In this document: piece after piece, positions 31,160 to 40,974 of the stretch
How positions within the stretch are numbered: the first letter of the stretch is position 1
Layout of the letters: the number at the start of each line of letters is the position of its first letter
Source: a bacterium
GTDB lineage: Bacteria > Hydrothermota > UBA3073 > JACQXS01 > JAGMCI01
DNA length: 64,000 nucleotides
Assembly (NCBI GenBank): GCA_030018315.1
Contig: JASEGA010000001.1
Span: forward strand, 12,673 to 76,672
Reading direction: 5' to 3'
Translations under genes and position numbers: made by a program
Notes under the pieces: model-generated
What the model was told of the DNA's origin: nothing
Seen by the model: only the letters and a program-made list of their open reading frames with translations
Databases searched by the model: none

Positions 31160-32297
31160 TATAGCAGCTTATAAAGCATTAGAAATTGTGCGTTTATTTA
31201 AGAAAAAGGGTGAAGATATATTCTGTGTATTAACTCGGGAGGCAACAAAGTTTGTCTCCCCTCTTTCATTTTATACGCTTTCTGGCAACGAAGTTATATT
31301 TGATTTTTTTGAGTTAAAGAGGACACCAGTCCATGTTGAGCTTGCAACTCTTGATGCTATACTTGTTGCTCCTGCAACTTATAACTTAATAGGTAAAGTA
31401 GCGTCAGGAATAGCTGATGATGCGCTCTCCTGTATAATTGCTGATACTCGGTCACCTGTCATTTTTGCGCCATGCATGGATACAGGGATGTGGGAAAATT
31501 CAATACTTCAAGATAATATAAAGAAATTGAAATCACTTGGCTACCACTTTATAGAGCCAGTTATTGGTGAACTTTCTACCTTACAGATTGGGAAAGGTAG
31601 GTTTCCAACTCCTGAATTCATTGTAGAAGAGACTTATCGTATTCTTTACTCATCTAATGAACTGAATGGCAAGAAGATTCTTGTAACAGCAGGTAGGACA
31701 GAAGAAGACATTGACCCTGTGAGATGTATAACTAATAGGTCATCTGGTATAATGGGATATGCACTTGCATATGAGGCAAGGAGGCGGGGCGGCGATGTCA
31801 CCCTTATTTCAGGTCCATCAAGTAGGGACACGCCATGGCGTGTCCCTACATCTGGGGTGAAACTTGTAAATGTGAGAACTACTAATGAACTTGAGTTAGA
31901 GGTTTTATCACGAGCCTCTGCTTCTGACATACTTATAATGGCGGCTGCAGTCGCAGATTATACACCTGTTCAACAATTTGATAAAAAAGTGAAAAATGAG
32001 TATATGGATATAAAATTAAAGCGGACGCACGATATTCTCAAGCTTGTAAGGAAGAAGAATAAGGGGCTATTTATTATTGGCTTTTCTTTAGAAACCGATG
32101 AGCATATAAAATGGGCAAAAACTAAGCTTAGAGATAAAGCTCTCAATCTCATAGTTTCTAATGATGTAGCTTCAATTGGCTCAAATGAGGCTCGAGTTAG
32201 TCTTATCAATTGCAATTTAAAAATAAAAAAATTGCCACTACTTCCAAAGTCTGAAGTTGCAAAGAAGATAATTGATTATGTGGTAGCCAGTATTTGA
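31116..32297 (+). CDS. coaBC: Bifunctional phosphopantothenoylcysteine decarboxylase / phosphopantothenate-cysteine ligase. Carries an in-frame palindromic element insert.
   Basis: Flavoprotein N-terminus KIVLGVTGSIAAYKA and a DFP C-terminal domain. The insert SRDTPWRVPTS lies at 31822-31849. Confidence 0.9.
   Translation: MRQEMKKIVLGVTGSIAAYKALEIVRLFKKKGEDIFCVLTREATKFVSPLSFYTLSGNEVIFDFFELKRTPVHVELATLDAILVAPATYNLIGKVASGIADDALSCIIADTRSPVIFAPCMDTGMWENSILQDNIKKLKSLGYHFIEPVIGELSTLQIGKGRFPTPEFIVEETYRILYSSNELNGKKILVTAGRTEEDIDPVRCITNRSSGIMGYALAYEARRRGGDVTLISGPSSRDTPWRVPTSGVKLVNVRTTNELELEVLSRASASDILIMAAAVADYTPVQQFDKKVKNEYMDIKLKRTHDILKLVRKKNKGLFIIGFSLETDEHIKWAKTKLRDKALNLIVSNDVASIGSNEARVSLINCNLKIKKLPLLPKSEVAKKIIDYVVASI
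31822..31849. repeat. Perfect 28-bp palindrome GTAGGGACACGCCATGGCGTGTCCCTAC inserted in frame in coaBC
   Basis: Read directly; the centre is CCATGG. Confidence 0.9.
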
Positions 32298-32326
32298 ACT
32301 TAAAGTAAACCCGGATAAAACTCAAC

Positions 32327-32956
32327 ATGGATGAGTTTAAAACAAGATTTATTTCGTGGATTGGTAAATTACTACTTATTGTGATAGGTAGAAGTCTTAG
32401 GATAAGCAATGTAGGATACGGTTTTACCTTTATAACTAATAGAGAAAGGGCAATTTATGCATTTTGGCATGACTGTTTTTTCCCTCTTATATATTTTTTC
32501 AGACCCAAAACTAACAGATTTCGAAATACTGCTGTTCTTGTGAGCGAGCATAGGGATGGCGAATGTTTGGCAAGAATAATAAAGCCATTTGGATATAGAA
32601 TAGTGAAAGCTACAAGTACAGATACGGGTAGAAAAGGGTTATTTGAGCTTCTTAAATTAGACGAAAGTTCACTTGCTATTGCACCGGATGGTCCTAAAGG
32701 ACCGAGGCATAAGGTAAAAGATGGAGTTTTGAGAATCGCCAAACACACGGGGTTACCTATTATACCTATAGGGATTGGTATTTCAAATAAAATAACATTT
32801 GGAAGTTGGGATAGGTTTAACCTGCCGATCCCATTTTCGCGGTGTGTAATTTATTGGGATTCCCCTATATGGGTTGAAGAGATAGATGAGTATGTAAGAG
32901 AGTACCTTGAGACTACTTTGACAAAAATTAACACTCGTGCATCTGCATTACTTTAA
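32327..32956 (+). CDS. DUF374-domain protein (lysophospholipid-acyltransferase-like)
   Basis: FWHDCFFPLIY...IAPDGPKGPRH..GLPIIPIGI. Confidence 0.6.
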   Translation: MDEFKTRFISWIGKLLLIVIGRSLRISNVGYGFTFITNRERAIYAFWHDCFFPLIYFFRPKTNRFRNTAVLVSEHRDGECLARIIKPFGYRIVKATSTDTGRKGLFELLKLDESSLAIAPDGPKGPRHKVKDGVLRIAKHTGLPIIPIGIGISNKITFGSWDRFNLPIPFSRCVIYWDSPIWVEEIDEYVREYLETTLTKINTRASALL

Positions 32957-33021
32957 AGATGTTCTATTTAAGTAGGTCTTTTTACTTGACATAAGTGTGT
33001 ATTTGATGTAATAGTATTCTA

Positions 33022-33816
33022 ATGAATCATAATGAATTAAATGGACTTATCCGAAAATGGCTTCAGAATGAAAAATTGTTGGGTAAAGATGTGATTGAGT
33101 TAGAGGGTGGATGGCAATTTTTACGCTTCTCTAAAAATATTACCGGAGAGGAAACGGCTACGTCAATATTAAAGGGTGCATCTATAAAAAAATGTAATGA
33201 GGATATAGCTACAAAGAAAGCCAGTGAACTTGAAGATTATTACTATGCTATAAAGAATTGCAATAAGTGTAATTTATATAGGACGAGAAATAACCTTGTA
33301 TTTGGAGAGGGCAATCCTTGTAGCAAACTTGTTTTTATAGGCGAGGCACCTGGTAGAGAAGAAGACATGTCAGGACGTCCATTTGTTGGTGAAGCCGGTA
33401 AATTATTAACAAAGTTAATAAAAGAAATGGGGTTAGATAGGAGTGAAGTCTACATAACTAATATAATCAAATGTCGTCCTCCAGATAATAGGGACCCTTT
33501 ACCAGAAGAAATTGAGAATTGTCGTATCTATCTTGAACATCAGCTTGAGATAATAAAGCCAAGTATATTATGTACTTTAGGTAGATATTCTACTTACTAT
33601 TTGCTTGGCCTATCCGGACCATTTTCGAGTATAAGGGGTAAAGTTTATAAATATAAAGATGCATTAGTAATCCCAACTTATCATCCTGCAGCTTTACTTT
33701 ATCACCCTGGATGGAGTGGCGATGTTAAGAGGGATTTAAAATTGGTTATGGAGGTGTATGATGGCAAATTCGCAGAATCCTGTGGACAAGGCAAAACAGG
33801 AACCACAAGCATTTGA
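33022..33816 (+). CDS. Uracil-DNA glycosylase, family 4 (4Fe-4S) with about 80-aa N-terminal extension
   Basis: [48 protein letters not shown]. Confidence 0.8.
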   Translation: MNHNELNGLIRKWLQNEKLLGKDVIELEGGWQFLRFSKNITGEETATSILKGASIKKCNEDIATKKASELEDYYYAIKNCNKCNLYRTRNNLVFGEGNPCSKLVFIGEAPGREEDMSGRPFVGEAGKLLTKLIKEMGLDRSEVYITNIIKCRPPDNRDPLPEEIENCRIYLEHQLEIIKPSILCTLGRYSTYYLLGLSGPFSSIRGKVYKYKDALVIPTYHPAALLYHPGWSGDVKRDLKLVMEVYDGKFAESCGQGKTGTTSI

Positions 33817-35137
33817 GGCTGAGCAATCGGTTTTGGGGGCAATGCTCATTGATAGGGAAGCCATATCACGCGTAATAGAAATTTTGACTGATAAATCATT
33901 TTATACGGATGAACATCAAAAAATTTATCGCACAATAGTTGAGCTTTATGACAAAAATATTCCTATAGATCTTGTAATTCTCACGGAGGAGTTAAAAAAG
34001 AAGGACGAACTCGATGCAGTGGGTGGGGCAAGTTATCTAACTACTTTACTTGATAGAGTGGTATCCTCAGCAAATGTTACTCATTATGCAAAGATTGTAA
34101 AAGACAAGGCTACTCTTCGTGATATGATAAAATCGTGCAATCGTATTATTGAATCCGGGTATAATGGAAGTTCAGATGTAGACGAGATTCTTGATCAGGC
34201 TGAGCAACTTATATTTAACATAAAAGAAAAACGTGTAGAAAAGGGTTTTACTCATGTAAAGTCTGTTTTAAAGTCAAGCTTCGAGTTAATTGAAGAGCTC
34301 TCTGAAAAGAAGAAATACATTACAGGTATTCCATCTGGCTTTCCTGATCTTGACCGTTTGACAGCTGGCTTTCAGACATCTGATTTCATTATTGTAGCAG
34401 GCAGGCCTTCTATGGGTAAGACTGCTTTTTGCCTAAATGTAGCAGAATACACAGGAATAACTCAGGGATTAGGTGTAGGTATATTTAGTTTAGAGATGGC
34501 AAAGGAGCAGGTAGTGATGCGGATGCTTTGTTCACAGGCGAGAGTGTCTTCTCACAAGGTACGGACTGGTTTTGTAAAGAAAACAGATTGGCCTAAGTTG
34601 ACAACAGCGGCTGGTTTACTCTCCAATGCGCCAATCTTTATTGATGATACTCCTGGGATTCCAATTCTTGAGTTACGTGCAAAAGCAAGGAGATTAAAAT
34701 CAATGTACGATATTAAGCTTTTAATTGTAGATTACTTACAGCTTGTCGTAGGTCCGCGGTCTGATACTCGGCAGCAAGAAATTTCAGCTATATCACAGTC
34801 ACTAAAGGGGTTAGCTAAGGAGCTTAATATTCCTGTCATAGCTGTATCTCAGCTTTCAAGGGCTGTTGAGGCTCGTGTAGATAGGCGACCTGTACTTTCT
34901 GACCTTCGTGAGTCAGGCGCTATTGAGCAGGATGCGGATGTAGTTTTGTTCATTTATCGTGAAGAGCGATACCGACACACACCAGAGAATGAAGGGCTTG
35001 CTGAAATCACTATTGGTAAGCAGCGTAATGGCCCTATTGGGAAGATTCCATTAACATTTATCAAAGAATACACACGGTTTGAGAGTTGTGCAAAGGGTGA
35101 AGTAAGTATGTTAGATGAGGAAGCAGTTGAAGGATGA
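33758..35137 (+). CDS. dnaB: Replicative DNA helicase DnaB
   Basis: The DnaB N-terminal domain, Walker A GRPSMGKTAF and the remaining RecA-like motifs. Confidence 0.9.
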   Translation: MMANSQNPVDKAKQEPQAFEAEQSVLGAMLIDREAISRVIEILTDKSFYTDEHQKIYRTIVELYDKNIPIDLVILTEELKKKDELDAVGGASYLTTLLDRVVSSANVTHYAKIVKDKATLRDMIKSCNRIIESGYNGSSDVDEILDQAEQLIFNIKEKRVEKGFTHVKSVLKSSFELIEELSEKKKYITGIPSGFPDLDRLTAGFQTSDFIIVAGRPSMGKTAFCLNVAEYTGITQGLGVGIFSLEMAKEQVVMRMLCSQARVSSHKVRTGFVKKTDWPKLTTAAGLLSNAPIFIDDTPGIPILELRAKARRLKSMYDIKLLIVDYLQLVVGPRSDTRQQEISAISQSLKGLAKELNIPVIAVSQLSRAVEARVDRRPVLSDLRESGAIEQDADVVLFIYREERYRHTPENEGLAEITIGKQRNGPIGKIPLTFIKEYTRFESCAKGEVSMLDEEAVEG

Positions 35138-35871
35138 AGGGTACATTTGAATACATAGGGGATGTGGCACTTTTTGTTAAGGATGTTTTTCGGACTATTC
35201 CAAGATTTTATAAATCAACTCACCTGATAATAGAGCAAATTGTATTTATAGGGGTGGGGTCGCTCCTAATTGTTTTGGTAACTAACTTCTTTGGTGGTGC
35301 CGTAACTGCTTATCAAGCTGCATTTCAAGGCCGTGAATATCTTCCAGATGTGTATGTTGGGATGAGTGTGATAAAGGCTTATATGATAGAATTGGGACCG
35401 CTACTGACTGGTCTAATTGTTGGTGGTAGAGTAGGCTCATCAATAACAGCTGAGATTGGCTCTATGAGGATAACAGAACAAATAGATGCTTTAGAGACAC
35501 TCGCTATTGACCCTATACGATATTTAGTACTTCCTAGAGTGATAGGAGGGGCGATTGCATTACCATTACTTACAGTGGCGGCTGAATTTATAGCTTGTGT
35601 TGGTGGAGGAGTCTGTTCAGTATTTCTTTTACATATAAAGCCCTTGGTTTACCTTGAAGGATTAAGATTTCAGTTTATGCAGCATATACTTTGGGGTGGT
35701 CTTCTCAAGGCATTTGTGTTTGGTATAATAATTGGATTAATGGGTTCGTATCATGGATTTAGAGCTACTGGTGGTGCTGAAGGAGTGGGTAAGGCAACAA
35801 CATATGCAGTTGTTTCTATATTCATACTTGTACTGATTTTTGATTTTGTTATTGCACAGATTGTATTTTAA
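35134..35871 (+). CDS. mlaE: MlaE-family ABC transporter permease
   Basis: MlaE signature EQIDALETLAIDPIRYLVLPRVIGG. Confidence 0.8.
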   Translation: MKGTFEYIGDVALFVKDVFRTIPRFYKSTHLIIEQIVFIGVGSLLIVLVTNFFGGAVTAYQAAFQGREYLPDVYVGMSVIKAYMIELGPLLTGLIVGGRVGSSITAEIGSMRITEQIDALETLAIDPIRYLVLPRVIGGAIALPLLTVAAEFIACVGGGVCSVFLLHIKPLVYLEGLRFQFMQHILWGGLLKAFVFGIIIGLMGSYHGFRATGGAEGVGKATTYAVVSIFILVLIFDFVIAQIVF

Positions 35872-35872
35872 G

Positions 35873-36604
35873 ATGGTAAGTATTTCAAATCTTACGAAAT
35901 CTTTTGGTAATAATAAAGTACTTCAAGGAGTTAATCTTGAGATTCCTGATGGTACCACAACAGTAATTATTGGGAGTTCCGGTTGCGGCAAGACTGTTCT
36001 CTTGAAGCATATAGTGGGATTGATACGACCTGATGCTGGCAAGGTAGTAATAGATGGTAAGGATGTAACAACTCTTTATGGACAGCCTCTTTTTGAATTA
36101 CGTCGTCGTATAGGAGTAGTATTTCAAGGGTCTGCTTTATTGGATTCACTTACTGTAGCTGATAATATAACTCTTGGTATACGTGAGCATACAAGGGTTT
36201 TAGAAAAAGAATTAAATAGAATTGTTAAGGAGAAGTTGGCATTGGTCCATCTTGATGGTGCTGAGAGGTTAACTCCTTCTGAGTTATCGGGTGGCATGAA
36301 GAAAAGAGTAGCAATAGCGAGGGCACTTGCTATGAACCCTGACTATATACTTTATGATGAACCAACTACAGGACTCGACCCTGTAACAGCAAAAAAAATA
36401 GATGAACTAATATGTGACCTACAAAAAGAGCTTTCAATTACTACAATTGCTGTAACTCATGACCTAACCTCTGCTTATAAAATAGGTAATAAAATTGCAA
36501 TGCTATCACATGGCAGGATTATTTTTGAAGGTACTCCTGATGAGATAAAGAATTCTGAGAATAAAGAGATTGATGAATTTGTTAAAGGGAGGGTATATGA
36601 ATAA
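35873..36604 (+). CDS. mlaF: MlaF-family ABC transporter ATP-binding protein
   Basis: Walker A GSSGCGKT, LSGGMKKRVAIARAL, Walker B ILYDEPTTGLD. Start placed at the in-frame ATG after the mlaE stop. Confidence 0.8.
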   Translation: MVSISNLTKSFGNNKVLQGVNLEIPDGTTTVIIGSSGCGKTVLLKHIVGLIRPDAGKVVIDGKDVTTLYGQPLFELRRRIGVVFQGSALLDSLTVADNITLGIREHTRVLEKELNRIVKEKLALVHLDGAERLTPSELSGGMKKRVAIARALAMNPDYILYDEPTTGLDPVTAKKIDELICDLQKELSITTIAVTHDLTSAYKIGNKIAMLSHGRIIFEGTPDEIKNSENKEIDEFVKGRVYE

Positions 36605-37388
36605 AGGATTAAAGGCAGGTATTTTTGTAGTCGCTATCGTTGTGATATTGATTGTAGGCTGGATTTGGTTAGCACAGATTGAGTTTGGTGCAAAAAATTA
36701 CGAGGTGAGTATTAGCTTTCCCGATGTTACAGGACTTAAGGTTAACGACCCAGTTAAAGTTTGGGGAGTAGAAAAGGGTAGAGTTAAAAGTATTGAATTT
36801 AAGAAAGGATATATAGAAGTTAAAGTATTATTAAGTAAAGATGTTAAACTTTACAGTGATGCATACTCAGAAATACTTGATGTAGCTATGATATCTGGGA
36901 CAAAGTATGTTAAACTTGACCCCGGGACATCTGATATTCCATTTGATACTAAAAATTTAATCCCCGGTGAGCCGAGCCTCGGTATACCTTTTTCGTTAAT
37001 AGGTAATTTAGGGGATAAGGTTAACAAGTTATTTACAGTTGCAGAGAATGCAAATTTAATGAAATCTTTTACTATAATTTTGCAAAATTTACAAGAAACT
37101 ACTACTTACTTATTGCAAATAGTCAAAGAGAATGAAAGCGATTTAAAAAGTATTACCAAAGGATTAAAAGATGATTTTGATAAGTTAAGGAAAGCAGGTG
37201 ACAATCTATCATCTGCTGCTTCTCATGTAGATTCTCTCGTTTACGATATGAGGTATGGGAAAGGGACGATAAGTAAGCTTGTAAATGAAGATAGCTTATA
37301 TTTAGAGCTCAAAACGACCCTCTCTGCAATAAAAGGGCTTGCTGAGGATATAAAAGAGAATCCTAGCCGCTATTTAAAGATTTTCTGA
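36597..37388 (+). CDS. mlaD: MlaD-family MCE-domain protein
   Basis: N-terminal TM segment followed by an MCE domain. Confidence 0.75.
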   Translation: MNKGLKAGIFVVAIVVILIVGWIWLAQIEFGAKNYEVSISFPDVTGLKVNDPVKVWGVEKGRVKSIEFKKGYIEVKVLLSKDVKLYSDAYSEILDVAMISGTKYVKLDPGTSDIPFDTKNLIPGEPSLGIPFSLIGNLGDKVNKLFTVAENANLMKSFTIILQNLQETTTYLLQIVKENESDLKSITKGLKDDFDKLRKAGDNLSSAASHVDSLVYDMRYGKGTISKLVNEDSLYLELKTTLSAIKGLAEDIKENPSRYLKIF

Positions 37389-38740
37389 TGGCAAAGCAAC
37401 AAAAGAGATACTTATGTGAGGAGTGTGGCTATTCTTCACCCCAATGGCTTGGTAAGTGTCCAAATTGTGGTAAGTGGGAAACATTTATTGAGGAAGTGAT
37501 AACACCCAAATTCAAGAGTGTCACTAAGGTTAAGCCAAAACTGCTATCTGAAATTGAAATCTTAAAGACAGTCCGAATTTCCACAGGAATAAATGAATTT
37601 GACAGAGTTCTTGGGGGCGGTATTGTAGAGGGGTCAATAGTTCTTGTTGGGGGCGAACCCGGAATTGGCAAATCTACACTTTTACTACAATCTACTGATA
37701 TGTTTGCAAGAAATGGGATAAGCGTTCTTTATGTTTCAGGTGAGGAGTCGCCTGTTCAGATTAAATTAAGGGCAAAACGACTTCAGGTAGCTGAGAATAA
37801 GATTTATATGTTAGCTCAAACAGATATAGAAGAAATTGTAAAAGAGATTGAATTGCTGTCGCCCGATATTGTTATTATAGACTCTATTCAGACAGTATAT
37901 CACACAGAAATTGATGCCCTCCCCGGGAGTGTAACACAAGTTAGGGGTTGTGCATTGAAGCTGATGGAGATAGCTAAATCAAATGGGATTCCAGTATTTA
38001 TAATAGGGCATGTGACAAAGGAGGGAACAATTGCAGGTCCAAAGACACTTGAACATATGGTTGATGCTGTACTTTATCTTGAGGGAGATAAGAATCATTA
38101 TTATAGAATTTTAAGAGCAGCTAAAAATAGATTCGGCTCTACACAGGAGATCGGTGTATTTGAGATGAAAGAGGAAGGTCTTTCTGAGGTTAAGGACCCT
38201 TCGTTTATTTTCTTAGGTGAAAGGCATGAGAATCCACCAGGGACTGTGGTAACTTGTGCTATGGAGGGGTCTCGTCCATTTCTTGTCGAAATTCAAGCCC
38301 TACTTGCACCTTGTGGATACAGGATGCCTCAAAGGGTGAGTGCAGGTATAGATTACAAGAGACTTACAATGCTTTTAGCAGTTGTAGAACGGAGAGTCGG
38401 CGTTAAAGTGAGTACACAGGATGTCTTTATCAATGTAGTTGGTGGGCTTCATATAGAGGAGACAGCGAGTGATTTAGCTGTTATTTTGGCAATAGTTTCA
38501 GGTGCAAGAAATACCCCTGTAGCTGAGCAGACTGCAGCATTAGGGGAGGTAGGACTTACTGGTGAAGTTAGGCCTGTAGGACTTATTGAGAAGAGAGTAA
38601 AAGAGGCAGAAAGGCTTGGGCTTACTCGATGCATAGTGCCTTCAAAATATAGCAAGATTTCTTCGGGTATAAAAATTATTGGTGTTAAGAGTGTAGGTGA
38701 AGCAATTCATGAAACTCTCCATTATCATAGTAAATTATAA
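37388..38740 (+). CDS. radA: DNA repair protein RadA/Sms
   Basis: C4 zinc finger, GGEPGIGKSTLLLQ, KNRFG motif and a Lon-like C-terminus. Confidence 0.9.
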   Translation: MAKQQKRYLCEECGYSSPQWLGKCPNCGKWETFIEEVITPKFKSVTKVKPKLLSEIEILKTVRISTGINEFDRVLGGGIVEGSIVLVGGEPGIGKSTLLLQSTDMFARNGISVLYVSGEESPVQIKLRAKRLQVAENKIYMLAQTDIEEIVKEIELLSPDIVIIDSIQTVYHTEIDALPGSVTQVRGCALKLMEIAKSNGIPVFIIGHVTKEGTIAGPKTLEHMVDAVLYLEGDKNHYYRILRAAKNRFGSTQEIGVFEMKEEGLSEVKDPSFIFLGERHENPPGTVVTCAMEGSRPFLVEIQALLAPCGYRMPQRVSAGIDYKRLTMLLAVVERRVGVKVSTQDVFINVVGGLHIEETASDLAVILAIVSGARNTPVAEQTAALGEVGLTGEVRPVGLIEKRVKEAERLGLTRCIVPSKYSKISSGIKIIGVKSVGEAIHETLHYHSKL

Positions 38741-39578
38741 TACTAAGAATTTCTTACACAGAACTTTGTCCTCAATTTATTCTACTCCACCAGGATTTGA
38801 ATTTGAGACAATAGTTGTTGATAACGCATCTACGGATGGCAGCGTAAATCTATTAAGAGAAGAGTTTCCATATGTAAGGCTAATTAAGAATGTGAGTAAT
38901 GTAGGATTTGCGAGGGCAAGCAATCAAGCTATATCAAGGAGTCGTGGTGAATACATATTATTTTTAAATCCGGATGCTGTCCCAGAATCAGGGGCTCTGG
39001 AGCGGATAGTTAAATTTATGGAGCAAAAACCTCATGCAGGATGTGTGGGTGGTAAATTACTTAATCCTGATGGCAGTCTACAGCTGTCGTGTCGTAGCTT
39101 TCCGACTTATATAAGTATCTTCTTTGGCAGACTTTCCCTTATAAGAAGGATTTTTCCCGGTAACCCATTTTCTAAGGGGTTTTTGTTAACTGACCTTGAT
39201 TACAATAAGGAACAAAAAGTGGATTGGATAATAGGAGCCTGTATGCTTACAAAGCGTGAAATATTGGAAACATTTGGATATTTTGACGAAGATTTCTTCA
39301 TTTTTGTAGAGGATTTAGATTTTTGTTATAGATTGAAAAAAGGGGGGCTTGATATTTATTACTTTCCTGGTGCAGTGTTTTACCATCAACTTGGAGCCAG
39401 TACAAGTAAATATTGGCTAAACTCAATTGTACACCATAATTTTGGGATGTATAAATTTTTTAAAAAGCAGTATCAGCTACCGTTAATTTTTGCAGTAATT
39501 GCAAGTCTTGGGCTTGTTCTAAGGGTATTTTTTATTGTTTTGTCCAAGTTAGTTATAAAAAGTGTAAAAAAATGTTAA
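38709..39578 (+). CDS. Glycosyltransferase family 2 (paralog of 462-1319)
   Basis: LSIIIVNYN..VVDNASTD..DED motifs. Confidence 0.75.
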   Translation: MKLSIIIVNYNTKNFLHRTLSSIYSTPPGFEFETIVVDNASTDGSVNLLREEFPYVRLIKNVSNVGFARASNQAISRSRGEYILFLNPDAVPESGALERIVKFMEQKPHAGCVGGKLLNPDGSLQLSCRSFPTYISIFFGRLSLIRRIFPGNPFSKGFLLTDLDYNKEQKVDWIIGACMLTKREILETFGYFDEDFFIFVEDLDFCYRLKKGGLDIYYFPGAVFYHQLGASTSKYWLNSIVHHNFGMYKFFKKQYQLPLIFAVIASLGLVLRVFFIVLSKLVIKSVKKC

Positions 39579-40906
39579 AAGAGAGGCTGCAAGTATTTGC
39601 AAAAGTAAATCTGCTAATAGACTTATTACTTACTTGCTTATCTTTCATTTTAGCATTTTATTTAAGGGCATCACTGCATCTGCCGGGTGAGATTAGCTTG
39701 AGATTTGACACAGTAAGTTGGCTACTTTTAGTTATTATTCCCGTATGGTGTATTTTGTTTGTTTACGAGAAAGCATATGATGTACTTGGCGAACGCAATG
39801 TTTATCTTTCAAGCTTTAAAGCAATTGCAGAGGGTATGGGAATACTATTTGCCGTGCTTTTCTTTAGGAGAGCATATATTCAATCAAGGCTATTTCTTGT
39901 ATTTTTTGGCGTTATCAATACTATATTTATCCTTCTTTCAAGAAAGGTTGGGACTCTACTATTAGGAGAACAATCGGTCTTTATAATAGGAGGAGGAGAA
40001 AAGGCGACGATATTTTACAACTTCTTAACACGCCATTCTCCTTTAAAGTTTAAGCCAATTGGAACTTTAGAATTGAACTCCAATTTTAGTGATATGAGTA
40101 AGTTAGAATATACTATATCAACTACTCCTATAGACTGGGTAGTTTCTATAGTTGACAATTCTGATTTCAATTTGAGACTTATAGAATTATGTAAGAAAGT
40201 GGGTATTCCTATATCATGGGCGATCCCAACTACAGATGCAAGGGTAGATGTAGAAGCTTATGGTGGGATATCATTTTTTACTTTCTCCACAGCACCAGTG
40301 GTGTCTGTTGCACTTATATTTAAATATACTATGGATAGGATAATTGCCTTTTTATTGCTTTTGTTAACTTCACCATTGTTTTTTTTGATAGTTTGCATTA
40401 TAAAATTAAGCTCTAAAGGGAGCGTATTTTTTATACAAGAGAGAGCCGGATTAAATGGAAAGAAGTTTAGATTCTACAAATTTAGGACAATGGTAGAAGG
40501 GGCTGAATCTATGCAACAAGAGTTTATTCCGTTAAATATTATGGCAGGTGCAGTATTTAAGATACCAGACGACCCAAGAGTTACAAAGCTTGGTAAATTC
40601 TTGAGGCGAATGAGTCTTGATGAATTACCTCAACTTCTCAACATATTACACGGTGATATGAGTTTAGTCGGTCCCCGTCCACCACTGCCATCTGAAATAG
40701 AGAAATATGAAAGATGGCAAAGGCGTAGATTATCAATGAAACCCGGCCTAACCTGTATATGGCAAGTATCGGGGAGGAATGAAATAGATTTTGACAAGTG
40801 GATGGATTTAGACCTTAAGTATATTGATAACTGGGGAATTTGGCTTGACTTCAAAATACTTTTACGTACAATACCGGCTGTCATTTCTCAAAAGGGAGCG
40901 TATTAA
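39572..40906 (+). CDS. Polyprenyl-phosphate sugar-1-phosphate transferase (WbaP/WcaJ-like bacterial sugar transferase)
   Basis: C-terminus SLDELPQLLNILHGDMSLVGPRP; 4-5 N-terminal TM segments. Confidence 0.8.
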   Translation: MLKERLQVFAKVNLLIDLLLTCLSFILAFYLRASLHLPGEISLRFDTVSWLLLVIIPVWCILFVYEKAYDVLGERNVYLSSFKAIAEGMGILFAVLFFRRAYIQSRLFLVFFGVINTIFILLSRKVGTLLLGEQSVFIIGGGEKATIFYNFLTRHSPLKFKPIGTLELNSNFSDMSKLEYTISTTPIDWVVSIVDNSDFNLRLIELCKKVGIPISWAIPTTDARVDVEAYGGISFFTFSTAPVVSVALIFKYTMDRIIAFLLLLLTSPLFFLIVCIIKLSSKGSVFFIQERAGLNGKKFRFYKFRTMVEGAESMQQEFIPLNIMAGAVFKIPDDPRVTKLGKFLRRMSLDELPQLLNILHGDMSLVGPRPPLPSEIEKYERWQRRRLSMKPGLTCIWQVSGRNEIDFDKWMDLDLKYIDNWGIWLDFKILLRTIPAVISQKGAY

Positions 40907-40974
40907 AATAATATTAAATATCAAAAATCAAATACCAAAAAATTAAAAATTCACCGCTTACCCTGTTTACATCA

